Assembly (NCBI RefSeq): GCF_009914755.1
Contig: NC_060930.1
Reading direction: 5' to 3' (one strand)
Length of the DNA: 64,000 bases
Source: the human T2T-CHM13v2.0 reference genome, Homo sapiens
A program made the translations under genes and the position numbers. Each line of letters starts with the position of its first letter. The first letter of the stretch is position 1. Shown here in pieces: positions 25,430 through 38,789 of the stretch. Below the pieces are notes generated by a model. The model searched no databases. It was not told the DNA's origin and saw nothing but the letters and a program-made list of their open reading frames with translations.

Positions 25430-25845
25430 TCAGCCAAATTAAATTTAAAAGAGCTTAGTTGAGCAACGAATGATTCATGAATCGCACAGCCCCCAGAATC
25501 ACAGCAGATTCAGAGAGACTCCAGAGGTGCCTCATCATCAGAACAAATTTATAGACATAAAAAGTAAAGTGACATGTAGAAATCGGGAGTGAGGTATAGA
25601 AATAGCTGGATTGGTTACAGGTTGGTGTTTGCCTTATTTGAACATGGTTTGAACACTCAGCAGTGTATGAGTAGTTGAAGTACAGCTGCTGGGATTGGCC
25701 AAGACTCAGCAATTGTTACAGGTGCAGACTCCTAATTTGGGGTTTCAATCTTGTCTACCTATTAAGTTGGTTTACGGTTCATCCACGAGGACTCAAATAC
25801 CGAAGTACGGAGCCCTTCTCAGGCCATATTTACTTCACGTTAACA
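25430..25845 (-). mobile_element. MER57A-like solo LTR (ERV1), 3'-terminal bases lost
   Basis: Reverse complement begins tgttaacgtgaagtaaatatggcctgagaagggctccgtacttc and ends ttaaatttaatttggctga. Confidence 0.8.
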
Positions 25846-26857
25846 CTATTCAGCCATAAAACAGAATGAAATCCTGTCATTCATGGCATCATGGATGGAA
25901 CTGGAGAACATTATGTAAAGTGAAACAAGCCAAGAACAGAAAGTTAAACACCACATGTTCTTACTCATATATGGAAGCTAAAAATACAGTGAATCTAATT
26001 GAAGTAACAAGCACAACAGAGGATACTAGAGGCTGGGAAGTTAGGGGAAGGGGCATAGGGAGATATTTGTTAAAGCACGCAAAGTCACAGCCACACAGAA
26101 GGAAGAAGTCCTAGTGTTCTATGCCGCTGCAGGGTGATCAGGGTTAACAGTAGTATAATATATAATAGTTTCAAATAGCTGGAAGGAGGATATTGAACAT
26201 CGCCACCACAGGGAATGATAAATATTTGAGACAATGGATATGCTAATTACTCTGATCTGATCGCTATACATTATATATAACAAAACTTCACTAGGTACCC
26301 GATGAATATATACAATTATTGTTTGTCAGTTAATAAAATAAAATAATGAAAATAAAGAGAAAATTACTCTCATTTGTACTGAGTAGCTCTTGGAAAGCGA
26401 ACTTGTGCAGGAACAGGAAGGGCACTGGTGCACAACAGCCACTCCCTGTGTTCTCCCAACACAGCGGGGGAGTGGCTGGGTCTGGCTGATGATGAGCTGA
26501 GCTGCAGGCTTTGCCCTGTCGGGGCTGTCAAGCCCGTGCTGCAGTGTTGTGCACTGCAGAAGGGATCATGGGAACGCCTGTGCTGCCCTCCCAGGTCTCT
26601 GGCTGAGCCTCCATCCCAAACGCTCTCCCTCATGGTCGTTTTTGGTCCTGGGGCCTGTGTGATTTGGGAAATGTCCATTGGCTGCCTTGTCAGCTGAAAT
26701 ACGAGGCCAGGGCTGTCTTTTTAATCTGGTTCCTGGACATGGCGCCCTCATGTTTGTGGAATAAATGAATGAACCAACATACCAAAGTGCAGCGGGGGAG
26801 GGGCCCAGGGGTCTAGATCTTTTCCATTACATTAATGGAGTAAAATATTTTGTATGT

Positions 26858-27163
26858 TTTCTTTTTGTGTGTGTGATGGATTTTCCATCTTGTCCCCCAG
26901 GCTGGAGTGCAAAGGTGCACTTGGCTCACTGCAACCTCCCCCTCCCTAGTTCAAGCAATTCTTCTGCCTCAGCCTCCCAAGCAGCTTGGATTACAGATGC
27001 ACATCACATGGCTAATTATTATTATTATTATTATTCTATTTTTAGTAGAGATGGGGTTTCACCATGTCAGTCAGGCTGGTGTCAAACTCCTGACCTCAGG
27101 TGATCCACCTGTTTCGGCCTCCCAAAGTGCTAGGATTACAGGCGTTATCCACCTTGCCAAGCC
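26858..27163 (-). mobile_element. AluS (Sp/Sq-like) with (TTA)n-expanded linker
   Basis: caggctggagtgca...gacctcaggtgatccacc...cccaaagtgctaggattacaggc. Confidence 0.88.
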
Positions 27164-27457
27164 AGTACATTATTTTCATTTCAACCATTGAAAAACCATA
27201 CTGAGTACAAGAAATATAGAAACACGATTCCCATTCCATTGCTCATTTCTGCCTAAAATTCTTACTCCATTTTTATAACATCTGTTATCTAGGTTAGAAG
27301 CCAGGAGATTTACGGCTAACTTAACCCTCTTGGCCCTGAACCCAAAATTCAATGGAATATCTAATCCCAATGAAAACAAACATCACAAAACCTCACAAAA
27401 CCTGACATTTTACCAAATACAGTGAGTCCTACACATTTACTCTCAGTGCTTAAATCA

Positions 27458-27530
27458 GTGTGTGCGTGCGTGCATGCACATGTGTGCATATCACATCTGA
27501 GTATATATATATATATATGTATATACACAT
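27458..27530. repeat. Mixed (TG/CG/TA)n simple repeat
   Basis: gtgtgtgcgtgcgtgcatgcacatg...tatatatatatatatatgtatatacac. Confidence 0.8.
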
Positions 27531-27757
27531 GCAATCATTTATATAATATAAAATATGCCTTTGGATATTTTGACTTCTAGCCTATAATATATCAGATGTG
27601 CTGGTGGGAATTGGTGAGATGGTGCTAGAACCAGACAAGAATGACTGGTAGCATAATAAAATTCATGAAAGATACAAATAACACATAAAACCACAGTGGT
27701 CTGGGGCACTTGATTCCAGAGGCTGGGTCCTGGCTAGGCCCTGAAGGCATCCAGCGG

Positions 27758-27965
27758 CCTTCCCATGAGGCGCTGGTTCTGAGGGTGGCTTCTGTGGGTC
27801 TCTGTGCAGCAGTTGCAGCACCAGCTGAAATGCACAGGAGGCTGGAGAGAGCGCTGGTTGCCTGATGATGCAGGACCTGCTCTCCTCACAAAGGGGAGGC
27901 CAGTCATGGACTCAGAGTGGGGCCCAGAGCATCAGGACCTCTTAGGGACAGGGACCCAGCTTTCG
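27758..27965 (+). repeat. Diverged direct local copy of 30387-30588
   Basis: Shared blocks gcgctggttc, gagggtggcttctgtgggtct, cctgctctcctcaca, ggaggccagtcatggactcag, cttagggacagggacccag. Confidence 0.9.
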
Positions 27966-29034
27966 CCAAGGCTTATAATCAATAATTTAAATTAGTCTAG
28001 AGAAGATTAAATTAGGTTCACAGTACTCAGATTAAAAAGGCAAAGGAGTGTGTAATATGATACAAATGTACTACACACAAATATACAAATATATTACAAC
28101 AAAAATATAACGTGGAATTATGAATTATTTAACAAATATTTGCCACTTACTTTGGGCAGAATCTGGGACACCTGTCAATTTAACCAACCCAGCCTTAAAC
28201 CTGAGCATAGATGTAACAGCCCAATTAAAAGACCTCTTAGGGCCTACAACCTTTATCTGAAAAGAAGTCATTTAACATTCTCTCAAAATTTTGAAAAATT
28301 TATTTGGGTCTTCAGGGCCTCAGTGAGGGTTTTCAGCCTCACTGGGAAGTCACACTGTTGAGTCATGATTGTCTCTGAAGTGGGTAAAAGTGTAATTTTG
28401 CTAATAATATGTAAACTACCAAGAAACTTTCTGATTATATCAGCAAGGTCTTGATCTCCACCTTGCACTGCCAAAAGCTTCCTGAGGTGGGAGCCTGTGT
28501 TTCAGGTGCGGCCCGTGGCTGGGGTTCTGTGAGCAGGTCCTTAACGAGGTTGGGGCCACAGAGAGAGGGTTGGGCCCTTTGAACTGCAGACACGGAAAGT
28601 GCTCTTTTGTCAATGAGACCTAGTATATAAAGAGTCTGTGAAGGGGCATCCCAGGAGAATGCGGTCAGAGCTTCACTTAGAAGCTGCCAGAAGGAAACTA
28701 GAGCACATCTGAGCTATTCCCCCAACCAGTGTCGAGGAAGGGAGGTGGGAGTGCACGCCCAGACAGTGCAGGCCCTTGTGCCTGTTTCCATTGGTAGGGA
28801 AAGCCCTGCCCAGAATCTCACTAACACTGGCGAAGGATCCAGTACCCAGCTCAGAGGATGTAAACTCTGGGATCCTGGAGATTAAACAGACTCATTGCCA
28901 CATCACAGCCTACAAGAGTAGCCAATGGAGATGAATGTCCCATTTGTGTATGTCAGAGTCCATTACTATGAAATGCCACCTGCTGGAAATTCCTAAGGTC
29001 AGAGTCCTCATCTGGAAGGAAAATACCACTCACC

Positions 29035-29156
29035 ATTCAGTACTGAGCCTGAATATGGCTCAGTATATGCAGTTGGGTTAAATGGTGATTTAACCCAACT
29101 GCATATACACACCAAGTATTCAGTACTGAGCCACCATTTAACCCAACTGCATATAC
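29035..29156. repeat. Compound inverted/direct micro-repeat with a perfect 21-bp stem and 4-nt loop
   Basis: gtatatgcagttgggttaaat-ggtg-atttaacccaactgcatatac (29063-29108); second right arm at 29132-29156; attcagtactgagcc occurs twice. Confidence 0.92.
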
Positions 29157-30194
29157 ACCTAGAACAAGGAAATACATACAGCATCTTCCACCATGCAGCC
29201 AACAGAGAGACAGACACTTTGAAGCCAGCACAGCTCTTCCCTCTTCAAGGGCTAGAACACCAGTCAATGTCATCAGGGCACAGAGAGTATGCTAATGAGC
29301 AGGAGCCACATGATTCTCTAGGTGCCACAGTCAAAGATATTGGTAGGTCATTATTATAATTATGGAGTTTTATGAACTCTTCGAGTCTGGTTCAGCTCTG
29401 GCTACAAACTCTCTTGGCATAGGAAGGGGGAAAGGGCCCTCCTTTCCCATACCTTGATGATATTCCCAGGTGTATGGGGTCCCACAGCAAGGAAGTCAGC
29501 AAAAACAATGTATTCCGTCACTGCGGGAATCCTGATCTCTAGATCAGGGCCCACTGGTTTTCCTGGAAGACTGATGGACAACAGGATGCAGTAGGAGAGA
29601 ATGACTCCCAGGGACCGGCAGCCTCCTTAGCCAAAAGCTCTTAGTTTTGGTGCTTTCTTCCATCCAAGACAGAATCTGCAAAAATAACTGGGAGTCCACT
29701 CTTTCTGTTCACATTTTACCTTGTTAGCACATTGAATGCTTAAAGGACAGACAGCCCAACATAAATGCCCACTCCTCCTCGAAGCCCTTCCTTTCCCCCA
29801 CTGGGGGGATTTTCTTTTTTCCCCTGTGGGGTCCATACCATTTCACAGTTGCCCTATGAAAAAAATTATGCTTGCCCCTAAATTACAGCCATGTGTGTTT
29901 CACAGATGATCCAGTTCAGTCTCATAACCCCAGCATCTGTCACAGTTCCCAGAACACAGCAGCCATTCAATCGGTTTTGGTTGAATTCAGTTGAATTTCC
30001 TGTACCCACTATGGGATGCATTTAACTTACACTCCCCTCCTTTGGTAACTTCAGTCTCAGAATTGGGTCTACTTCGTGCACTCTTATATAACTGGCCCCT
30101 CAACACGCAGGAGGCACTGGACACCATACAACTTGTTGGATTGAAAAGTACATGACTTCATACAACCCTGGACTGCTTTTCCTTTGAAGGAGTA

Positions 30195-30760
30195 TGAAGA
30201 GCTGACTACCAATTGCCCCTGGGGGTCCCAATGCATACCCACTGCTCCTAGCGACCCCAGCCCCTGTGCTCTCAGGAAGGGGCTGGTCCTGGGACGGAGG
30301 CGTGCGCGGTGCCACCCTCCCATTCTGCGTGTCGCCTCCTACGCTTACCCCAGCGCCTGGCTTGGTGTGGAGGAGCGCAGGTCCCACCTTCTCATCGGGC
30401 GCTGGTTCCGAGGGAGGGTGGCTTCTGTGGGTCTGTGCAGCAGCTGCAGCTGAATTGCGCGGAGGCTGGAGGGAGCACTGGTTGCTGAGGATGCAGGGCC
30501 TGCTCTCCTCACAGAGCGGAGGCCAGTCATGGACTCAGGGCGGGGCCCAGAGCCTCAGGACCCCTTAGGGACAGGGACCCAGGCTTCGTCACACCTTCCT
30601 CCCCCCAAGCTCCAGAGTTCTCTCTCCGCCCCAGCGGGCCTCCTGCCAGTCCCCACGCCTGAGGCCTCAGAGGCCAGCGCACAGGAGGCAGGCCGGGTGG
30701 GCTACCTGGCAGGGAGGCGCCTGTTCTTCCGGGGGTCTCCTGTCGATTTACCCGCATGGA
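30195..30760. promoter_or_regulatory. CpG-retaining GC-rich patch, candidate weak promoter or enhancer
   Basis: Many intact CpGs (gacggaggcgtgcgcggt, tgcgcgga), GC box gggcgggg ~30538-30545; its local copies show TpG/CpA at the same sites. Confidence 0.4.
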
Positions 30761-32721
30761 ATCTTAACATATTTTATTTCTACACAAAAACAGTAGAGTT
30801 TCAAAAATGAATGTGTGTCTTTTTGTTTAATCCACGTTTGCACCAGAGATCCCAGTTGAACCCCTCCTTCCAGCTCCCGCCATGTCCTCCCTAATCTAGC
30901 GGCCTGTGCCCGCCACCCCTGCGGTTCAGGACTGCAGGAACTGGAGAGGCCTTGCCAGGCATCCCAGAGCCATAGACTCTCTACCCTCAGCCCATGTCCG
31001 CTGCCTCAGTGGATACAGTTGAACGCTTTATTGCCATCTATTCGATTGCAGGCATCGCCGTCATCTTCCAGGAACAATCAGTTGCTTCACATAACTCTAT
31101 AGAAACTGCACAACGAGCCGCTGAAGAGGTTGCCCAAATTCTGTCAAACACAGGGAAACATGGCTAATTTCCTAATCCGCAAACCAAGAACAAAAGTCAT
31201 TCGTATTACATAATCTGAAGGGCATTTTCCTTTTTCCATTTGACATGTTCATGCATTGTTAATTATTTATTGCTTTCCTCCCAGAACATGTGGGGGTAAA
31301 TTTTGTAAAAATGAGGTGAAATTAGGTTCTTCCCCCAGGACTGTCTTCCAGAGCATGCAAGGAAGGGTAGATGGGTGGGGTTATTTTATTTGGGCTTCGT
31401 GCACTGCCGATGAAAGCAATCCAGCACAAGCAAGAGCACCTGGGCCCAGATCACCTGGTGTGGTGATTTGTAAATCCTGCATTTACTCAGCCATGTTTCA
31501 TTTGTCCCTTCAACTGGAGATGTTACACCTGTGCCTCCGAGACTTCATGCTAACTCTCTGCTTGGGAATCTGGCAGAAGAAGGGCAAAGCTATCAAGATG
31601 AGAGGAGATTGCTAAGGGCACTTCGGCAAGAAAAATATGCAGTGTGCATTTTTTATAAACATGTATTTTTTTCTAAAGTGAGCACTAGGAGCAAACACAT
31701 TTCCCCAAACCATCCGTTGTCCCCTTTGATTATTTCCCTGATTTCACATGGGGCTCAGTTCTCTCCTTGCTTTGAGTTCTCCATGGACTCCTGGTTACCC
31801 GACATAGAAAGGCTTGGAGATGCGCTTTGAACCTCCTGGTGACTGACCACACAGATGCTGGACTTTGAGGTCAGAGACCCAACCTGGAGGAGCCCTGAAT
31901 CCCACCACATTGTTGGTCCAGCAACTCCTCCCACCCCAGCTTTGTGCTGCAGTCGACGTGCTTGGGGGCTCTCTACATTCTGTTGTGTGGACCTCACAAA
32001 TGCCCACTACTATGGTGTAAATCTATCCCTGGCTTCCCACTGTTGGCACCAGGACACACTTATTTTACGTGCCCTCCCGATGGGATCAACAGGAGGTTAG
32101 ATTCACTATGATGTTTACATCTATAATTTTGGCAAAGTGCAAGAGAACTCTGTACCCATACGTAGAATTTTCTCTGTTTTATGACACCCCTATCCTATCC
32201 CTCCAGTGAGCATCAAGACTCGCATCCCAGGTGGTTGTTGGAAGAAAAATCCCATTTACCCTCTACCGAGGCTGAGGGAGAAAGACTGAAAAACAGCATG
32301 GCTTAAGGGAACTCAGGAGGTCTTCTGTGCCTCCCAAAGATCTTGCCAACCGGGTGGCCAAACCTTAGATATTTTTCCAGTTAGCATTCCCCAAAAACCC
32401 CACAAGGAGCACAGAACCTGATTCATTGGGGGCGATAGTAACTATTAATTGAGAATGGACTTTTATTACCATCATTACTTCAGTACTGCTTGAAGGACTA
32501 TAAAGAACATGATACTTTCATAATAAATGTTAATCAAGACAGAGACACATTGAATTAAGTACATAAACCGAGCCTCCAGTTTTGGAAGCTGTTGCCTTGG
32601 GAGAAGTGGTGGCGATGGGTCCCCAGGGTCTCGGCGGGTGCTCCTGGTGTTCCATGACTTGGTCTGGGTGCCGGTTACATAAGTGTGTTCTGTGTAAAGT
32701 GCTTCAATCTCTACACGTGCA

Positions 32722-32900
32722 CAGTAATGCCCTCTAATTCATGGTTTTGCTTTCTGTGGTCTGAATATAGGTGAGTGCAGCAGAATAAGATATTGTAAGA
32801 GCGAGAGAGACCACAGTCACATAACTCTTATCACAGTATATTGTTATAATTGTTCCATTTTATTATTAGTTTTATTGTTAACCTCTTACTGTGCCTAGTT
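32722..32900 (+). mobile_element. MER44A-like (Tigger-derived) element, left half only
   Basis: ataggtgagtgcagcagaataagatatt...gagaccacagtcacataact...ctcttactgtgcctag, cut off by the L1 tail. Confidence 0.75.
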
Positions 32901-33385
32901 TTTTATTATTTATATTTATTGATTTTACTTTAAGTTCTGGGATACGTGTGCTGAATGGGCAGGTTTGTTACATAGCTATACGTGTGCCATGGTGGTTTGC
33001 TGCACCTATCAACCTGTCATCTAGGTTTTAAGCCCTGCACAGATTAGGTATTTGTCCTAATCCTCTCCCTCCCCATTTCCCCACCCCTAGACAGGCCCCC
33101 ATATGTGATGTTCCCCTCCCTGTGTCCATGTGTTCTCATTGTTCAACTCCAACTTATGAGTGAGACCATGCGGTATTTGGTTTTCTGTTCCTGTGTTAGT
33201 TTGCTGAGGATGATGGTTTCCAGCTTCATCCATGTCCCTGGAAAGAACATGAACTCATTCTTTTTTATGGCTGCATAGTATTCCACGGTGTATATGTGCC
33301 ACATTTCCTTTATTCAGTCTATCACTGATGGGCATTTGGGTTGGTGCCAAGTCTTTGCTATTGTAAATAGTGCTGCAATAAACAT

Positions 33386-33584
33386 TAAGGACTGACTACT
33401 AAGTGCCCCCAGAAGTCCCCATGCATACCACTGCTCCTAGCAATCCCAGCCCATGTGCTCTGCTCTGCAGAAGGGCCTTGTCCTGGGATGGAGGTGTGCA
33501 CAGGGCCACCCTCCCATCCTTGGCTTGAGTTCTCCATGCAACCCCGGGTTATGAGACATAGAAAGGCTTGGCAATGGGCCTTTG
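33386..33584 (+). other. Non-L1 chimeric insert inside the L1PA8, similar to 30195-30326 joined to 31764-31829
   Basis: ctgactac..atgcatacc.actgctcctagc..gtcctggga.ggagg..gccaccctcccat then ttgagttctccatg..gacatagaaaggcttgg. Confidence 0.88.
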
Positions 33585-35539
33585 TGTGCATGTGTGCATG
33601 TGTCTTTATAGTAGAATGATTTATAATCCTTTGGGTATATACCCAGTAACCCATTGCTGGGTCAAATGGTATTTCTGCTTCTAGATCCTTGAGGAATTGC
33701 CACACTGCCTTCCACAATGGTTGAACTAATTTACAGTCCCACCAACAGTGTAAAAGCATTCCTATTTCTCTGCATCCTTGTCAGCATCTGTTGTTTCCAG
33801 ACTTTTTAATGATCGCCATTCTAACTGGCGTGAGATTGTATCTCATTGTGGTTTTGATTTACATTTCTCTAATGACCAGGGATGATGAGCTTTTTTTCAT
33901 ATGTCTGTTGGTAGCATAAATGCCTTCTTTTGAGAAGTGTCTGTTCATATCCTTTGCCCACTTTTTGTTGGGGTTGTTTGTTTTTTTCTTGTACATTTGT
34001 TTAAGTTCTTGTAGATTCTAGATATTAGCCCTTTGTCAGATAAATAGATTGCAAAAATTTTCTCCCATCCTGTAGGTTGTCTGTTCACTCTGATGATAGT
34101 TTCTTTTGCTGAGCAGAAGCTCGTTAGTTTAATTAGATCCCATTTGTCAATTTTGGCTTTTGTTGCGATTGCTTTTGGTGTTTTCATCTTGAAGTCTTTG
34201 CCCATGCCTATGTCCTGAATGGTATTGCCTAGGTTTTCTTCTAGGGTTTTTATGGCTTGCGGTTTTACGTTTAACTCTTCAATCCATCTTGAGTTAATTT
34301 TTGTATAAGGTGTAAGAAAGGGGTCCAGTTTCTGTTTTCTGCATATGGCTAGCCTGTTTTCCCAGCACCATTTATTAAAGAGAATCCTTTCTCCATTGCT
34401 TGTTTTTGACAGGTGTGTCAAAGATCAGATGGTTGTAGATGTGTGGTGTTATTTCTGAGGCCTCTGTTCTGTTCCATTGGTCTATATATCTGTTTTGGTA
34501 CCAGTACCATGATATTTTTGTTACTGTAGCCTTGTAGTATAGTTTGAAGTCAGGTAGTGTGATGCCTCCAGCCTTGTTCTTTTTGCTTAGGATTGTCTTG
34601 GCTATATAGGCTCTTTTTTTTTTTTTTTTTTTTTTGGTTCCATATGAAATTTAAAGTAGTTGTTTCTAGTTCTATGAAGAAAGTCAATGGTAGCTTGATG
34701 GGAATAGCATTGAATCTATAAATTACTTTGGGCACTATGGCCATTTTCACGATATTGATTCTTCCTATCCATGAGCGTGGAATTTTTTTTCCATTTGTTT
34801 GTGTCCTCTCTTATTTCTTTGAGTAGTGGTTTGTAGTTCTCCTTGAAGAGGTCCTTCACTTCCCTTGTAAGTTGTATAACTAGGTATTTTATTTTCTTTG
34901 TAGCAATTGTGAATGGGAGTTTACTCATGATTTGGCTCTCTGCCTCTCTGTTATTGGTGTATACAAATGCTTGTGATTTTTGCACATTGATTTTGTATCC
35001 TGAGACTTTGCTGAAATTGTTTATCAGCTTAAGGATTTTTGGGCTGAGATGATGGGGTTTTCTAAATATACAATCATGTCATCTGAAAACAGAGAAAATT
35101 TGACTTCCTCTCTTCCTATTTGAGTACCATTTATTTCATTCTCTTGCCTGATTGCTCTGGCCAGAACTTCCAATACTATGTTGAATAGTAGTGGTGAGAG
35201 AGGGCATCCTTGTCTTGTGCCAGTTTTCAAAGGGAATGCTTCCAGCTTTTGCCCATTCAGTATGATATTGGCTATGGGTTTGTCATAAATAGCTCTTATT
35301 ATTTTGAGATATGTTCCATCAATACCTAGTTTATTGAGAGTTTTTAGCATGAACAGGTGTTGAATTTCATTGAAGGCCTTTTCTGCATCTACTGAGATAG
35401 TCCTGTGGTTTTTGTCATTGGTTCTGTTTATGTGATGGATTACTTTTATTGATTTGCATATGTTGAATCAGCCTTGTATCCCAGCGATGAAGCCAACTTG
35501 ATCATGGTGGATCAGCTTTTTGATGTGCTACTGGATTTA

Positions 35540-35854
<315 letters not shown>

Positions 35855-36393
35855 TTACTGGTTTAGTCTTGGGAGGGTGTATGTGTCCAGGAATTTATCC
35901 ATTTCTTCTAGATTTTCTAGTTTATTTGTGTAGAGGTGTTTACAGTATTCTCTGATGGTGGGATCAGTGGTGACTCCCCTTTATCACTTTTTATAGTGTC
36001 TATTTGATTCTTCTCTCTTTTCTTCATCAGTCTGGCTAGCGGTCTATCTATTTTTTTAATCTTTTCAAAAAATCACCTCCTGGATTCATTGATTTTTTTG
36101 AAGGGTTTTTCATGTCTCTATCTCCTTCAGTTCTATTCTGATCTTAGTTATTTCTTGTCTTCTGCTAGCTTTTGAATTTGTTTGCTCTTGTTTCTCTAGT
36201 TATTTTAATTGTGATGTTAGGGTGTCAATTTTAGATTTTTCCCACTTTCTGATGTTGGCATTTTTGTGCTACAAATTTCCCTTTAAACACTGCTTTAGCT
36301 GTGTCCCAGAGATTCTGGTACGTTGTCTCTTTGTTCTCATTGGTTTCAAAGAACTTCATTATTTCTGCCTTACTTTAGTTATTTACGCAGTAG

Positions 36394-36840
<447 letters not shown>

Positions 36841-38789
36841 AAGTGTTTTACTTTCAATGATACGGTCAATTTTAGAATAAGTGCTACGTGGTGCTGAGAA
36901 GAATGTATATTCTGCTGATTTGGGGTGGAGAGTTCTGTAGATGTCTATTAGGTCACTTGGTCCAGAGGTAAGTTCAAGTTCTGAATATCCTTGTTAATTT
37001 TCTGTCTCATTGATCTGATTGACAATGGGGTGTTAAATATTGACAATGCAGTGTTAAAATCTCCCACTATTATTGTGAGGGAGTCTAAGTCTCTTTGTAG
37101 GTCTCTAAGAACTTGTTTTATAAAACTGGATGCTCCCGCATTAAGTGCATATATATTTAGGAGAGTTAGCTCTTATTGTTGCATTTATAATGCCCTTCTT
37201 TGTCTTTTTTGATCTTTGTTGGTTTAAAGTCTGTTTTATCAGAGACTAGGATTGCAACTCTGCTTTTTTTTTTGCTTTCCATTTGCTTGGTAAATATTCC
37301 TCCATCTCTTTATTTTTGAGCCTATGTGTGTCTTTGCATGTAAGATGGGTCTCCTGAATATAGCACACCGATGGGTCTTGACTCTTTATCCAGTTTGCCA
37401 GTCTATGTCTTTTAATTGGGGCATTTAGCCCATTTAAATTTAAGGTTAATATTGTTATGTGTGAATTTGATCCTGCCATGATGATGCTAGCTGGTTATTT
37501 TGCACATTAGTTGATGCAGTTTCTTCATGGTGTCATTGGTCTTTATATTTTGGTGTGTTTTTGCAGTGGCTGGTAATGGTTTTGCCTTTCCATATTTAGT
37601 GCTTCCTTCAGGAGCACTTGTAAGGCATGCCTGGTGGTGACAAAATCCCTCAGCATTTTCTTTTCTGTAAAGGATTTTATTCAGTTATGAAACTTAGTTT
37701 GGCTGGATATGAATTCTGGGTTGAAAATTCTTTTCTTTAAGAATGTTGAATATTGGCCCTCACTCTCTTCTGGCTTGTAGGGTTTCTGCAGAGATATCCA
37801 CTGTTAGTCTGATGGGCTTCCCTTTGAAGGTAACCTGACTTTTCTCTCTGGCTGCTCTTAACATTTTTTCTTTTGTTTCAAATTTGGAGAATCTGACAAT
37901 TATATTCTTGGGGTTGCTCTTCTAGAAAAGTATCTTAGTGGTATTCTCTCTATTTTCTGAATTTGAATGTTGGCCTGTCTTGTTAGGTTGCGGAATGAGT
38001 ATTCTCCTGAATACTCATTTTGTTTTACAGTTTTGAAGTGAAAAGTGAATACAAGAAGTGAAAGTAGTTCAATAACTCAGCTTAGAAACATGAAGCCAAA
38101 TATTGAAGGATATTTTGCAAAGATTGCACAAGGAAGTACAATCTTTAAAACTAAATGTATATTCTATTCAAATAGTAGAGCCATTGTTTTTGAAAGGTTA
38201 TAGATATGGATCCATTTTTATAGATAATGTACAAACTTACTGAATAAATATGGAAAATTCCCCCCCAAATAGTAGATAGTATGGTGTGAGAAATCTAATA
38301 AATAACTAAACATTCACCAATACGAGTTTATAGGATATACCACTCTCTGGATGTAGTAGGTGATAATTAGGCATATAAGATAAAAATTTCGTAAGCATGA
38401 CATACTGGGAAAAAAGGTTAGCCATCACCTTCAATATTGTATGGCTGTGGTATTGAATGCTAGCTATCACTCAGTATCTATTCTTTTATTTTATTTTTTC
38501 AGCTTTTGGTGTAGCACATGGTTGCTTAGAATAAGAAGTGCCTATCCCAATCTCCTTTGCAGCTAGGTACAACCAGGATAATATAAATACACAATATACA
38601 AAGCCTCGCGTTTTACAGAGAACTAATATGTTGGCTTTCTGTTATAATCTACAATTTATGATTCCCAATTTGATATTGTTGCTGTTTGTTTTTCACTAGC
38701 CTTCTGGGCTCTTAAATAAACTTGGGGATCATATATGGGTAGGTGAAAGGGGAGCAAGTATCAATACATTGAACCAGAAAAATACCTGA

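Larger units (their letters stand above)
24831..26350 (+). mobile_element. L1MA 3' end, interrupted by two MER57 LTRs
   Basis: acgatagccaagatatggaatc...aatggatacaggaaatatgg | atggaatact | ctattcagccataaaacagaatgaaatcctgtc...ggatatgctaattactctgat...aataaaataaaa. Confidence 0.8.
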
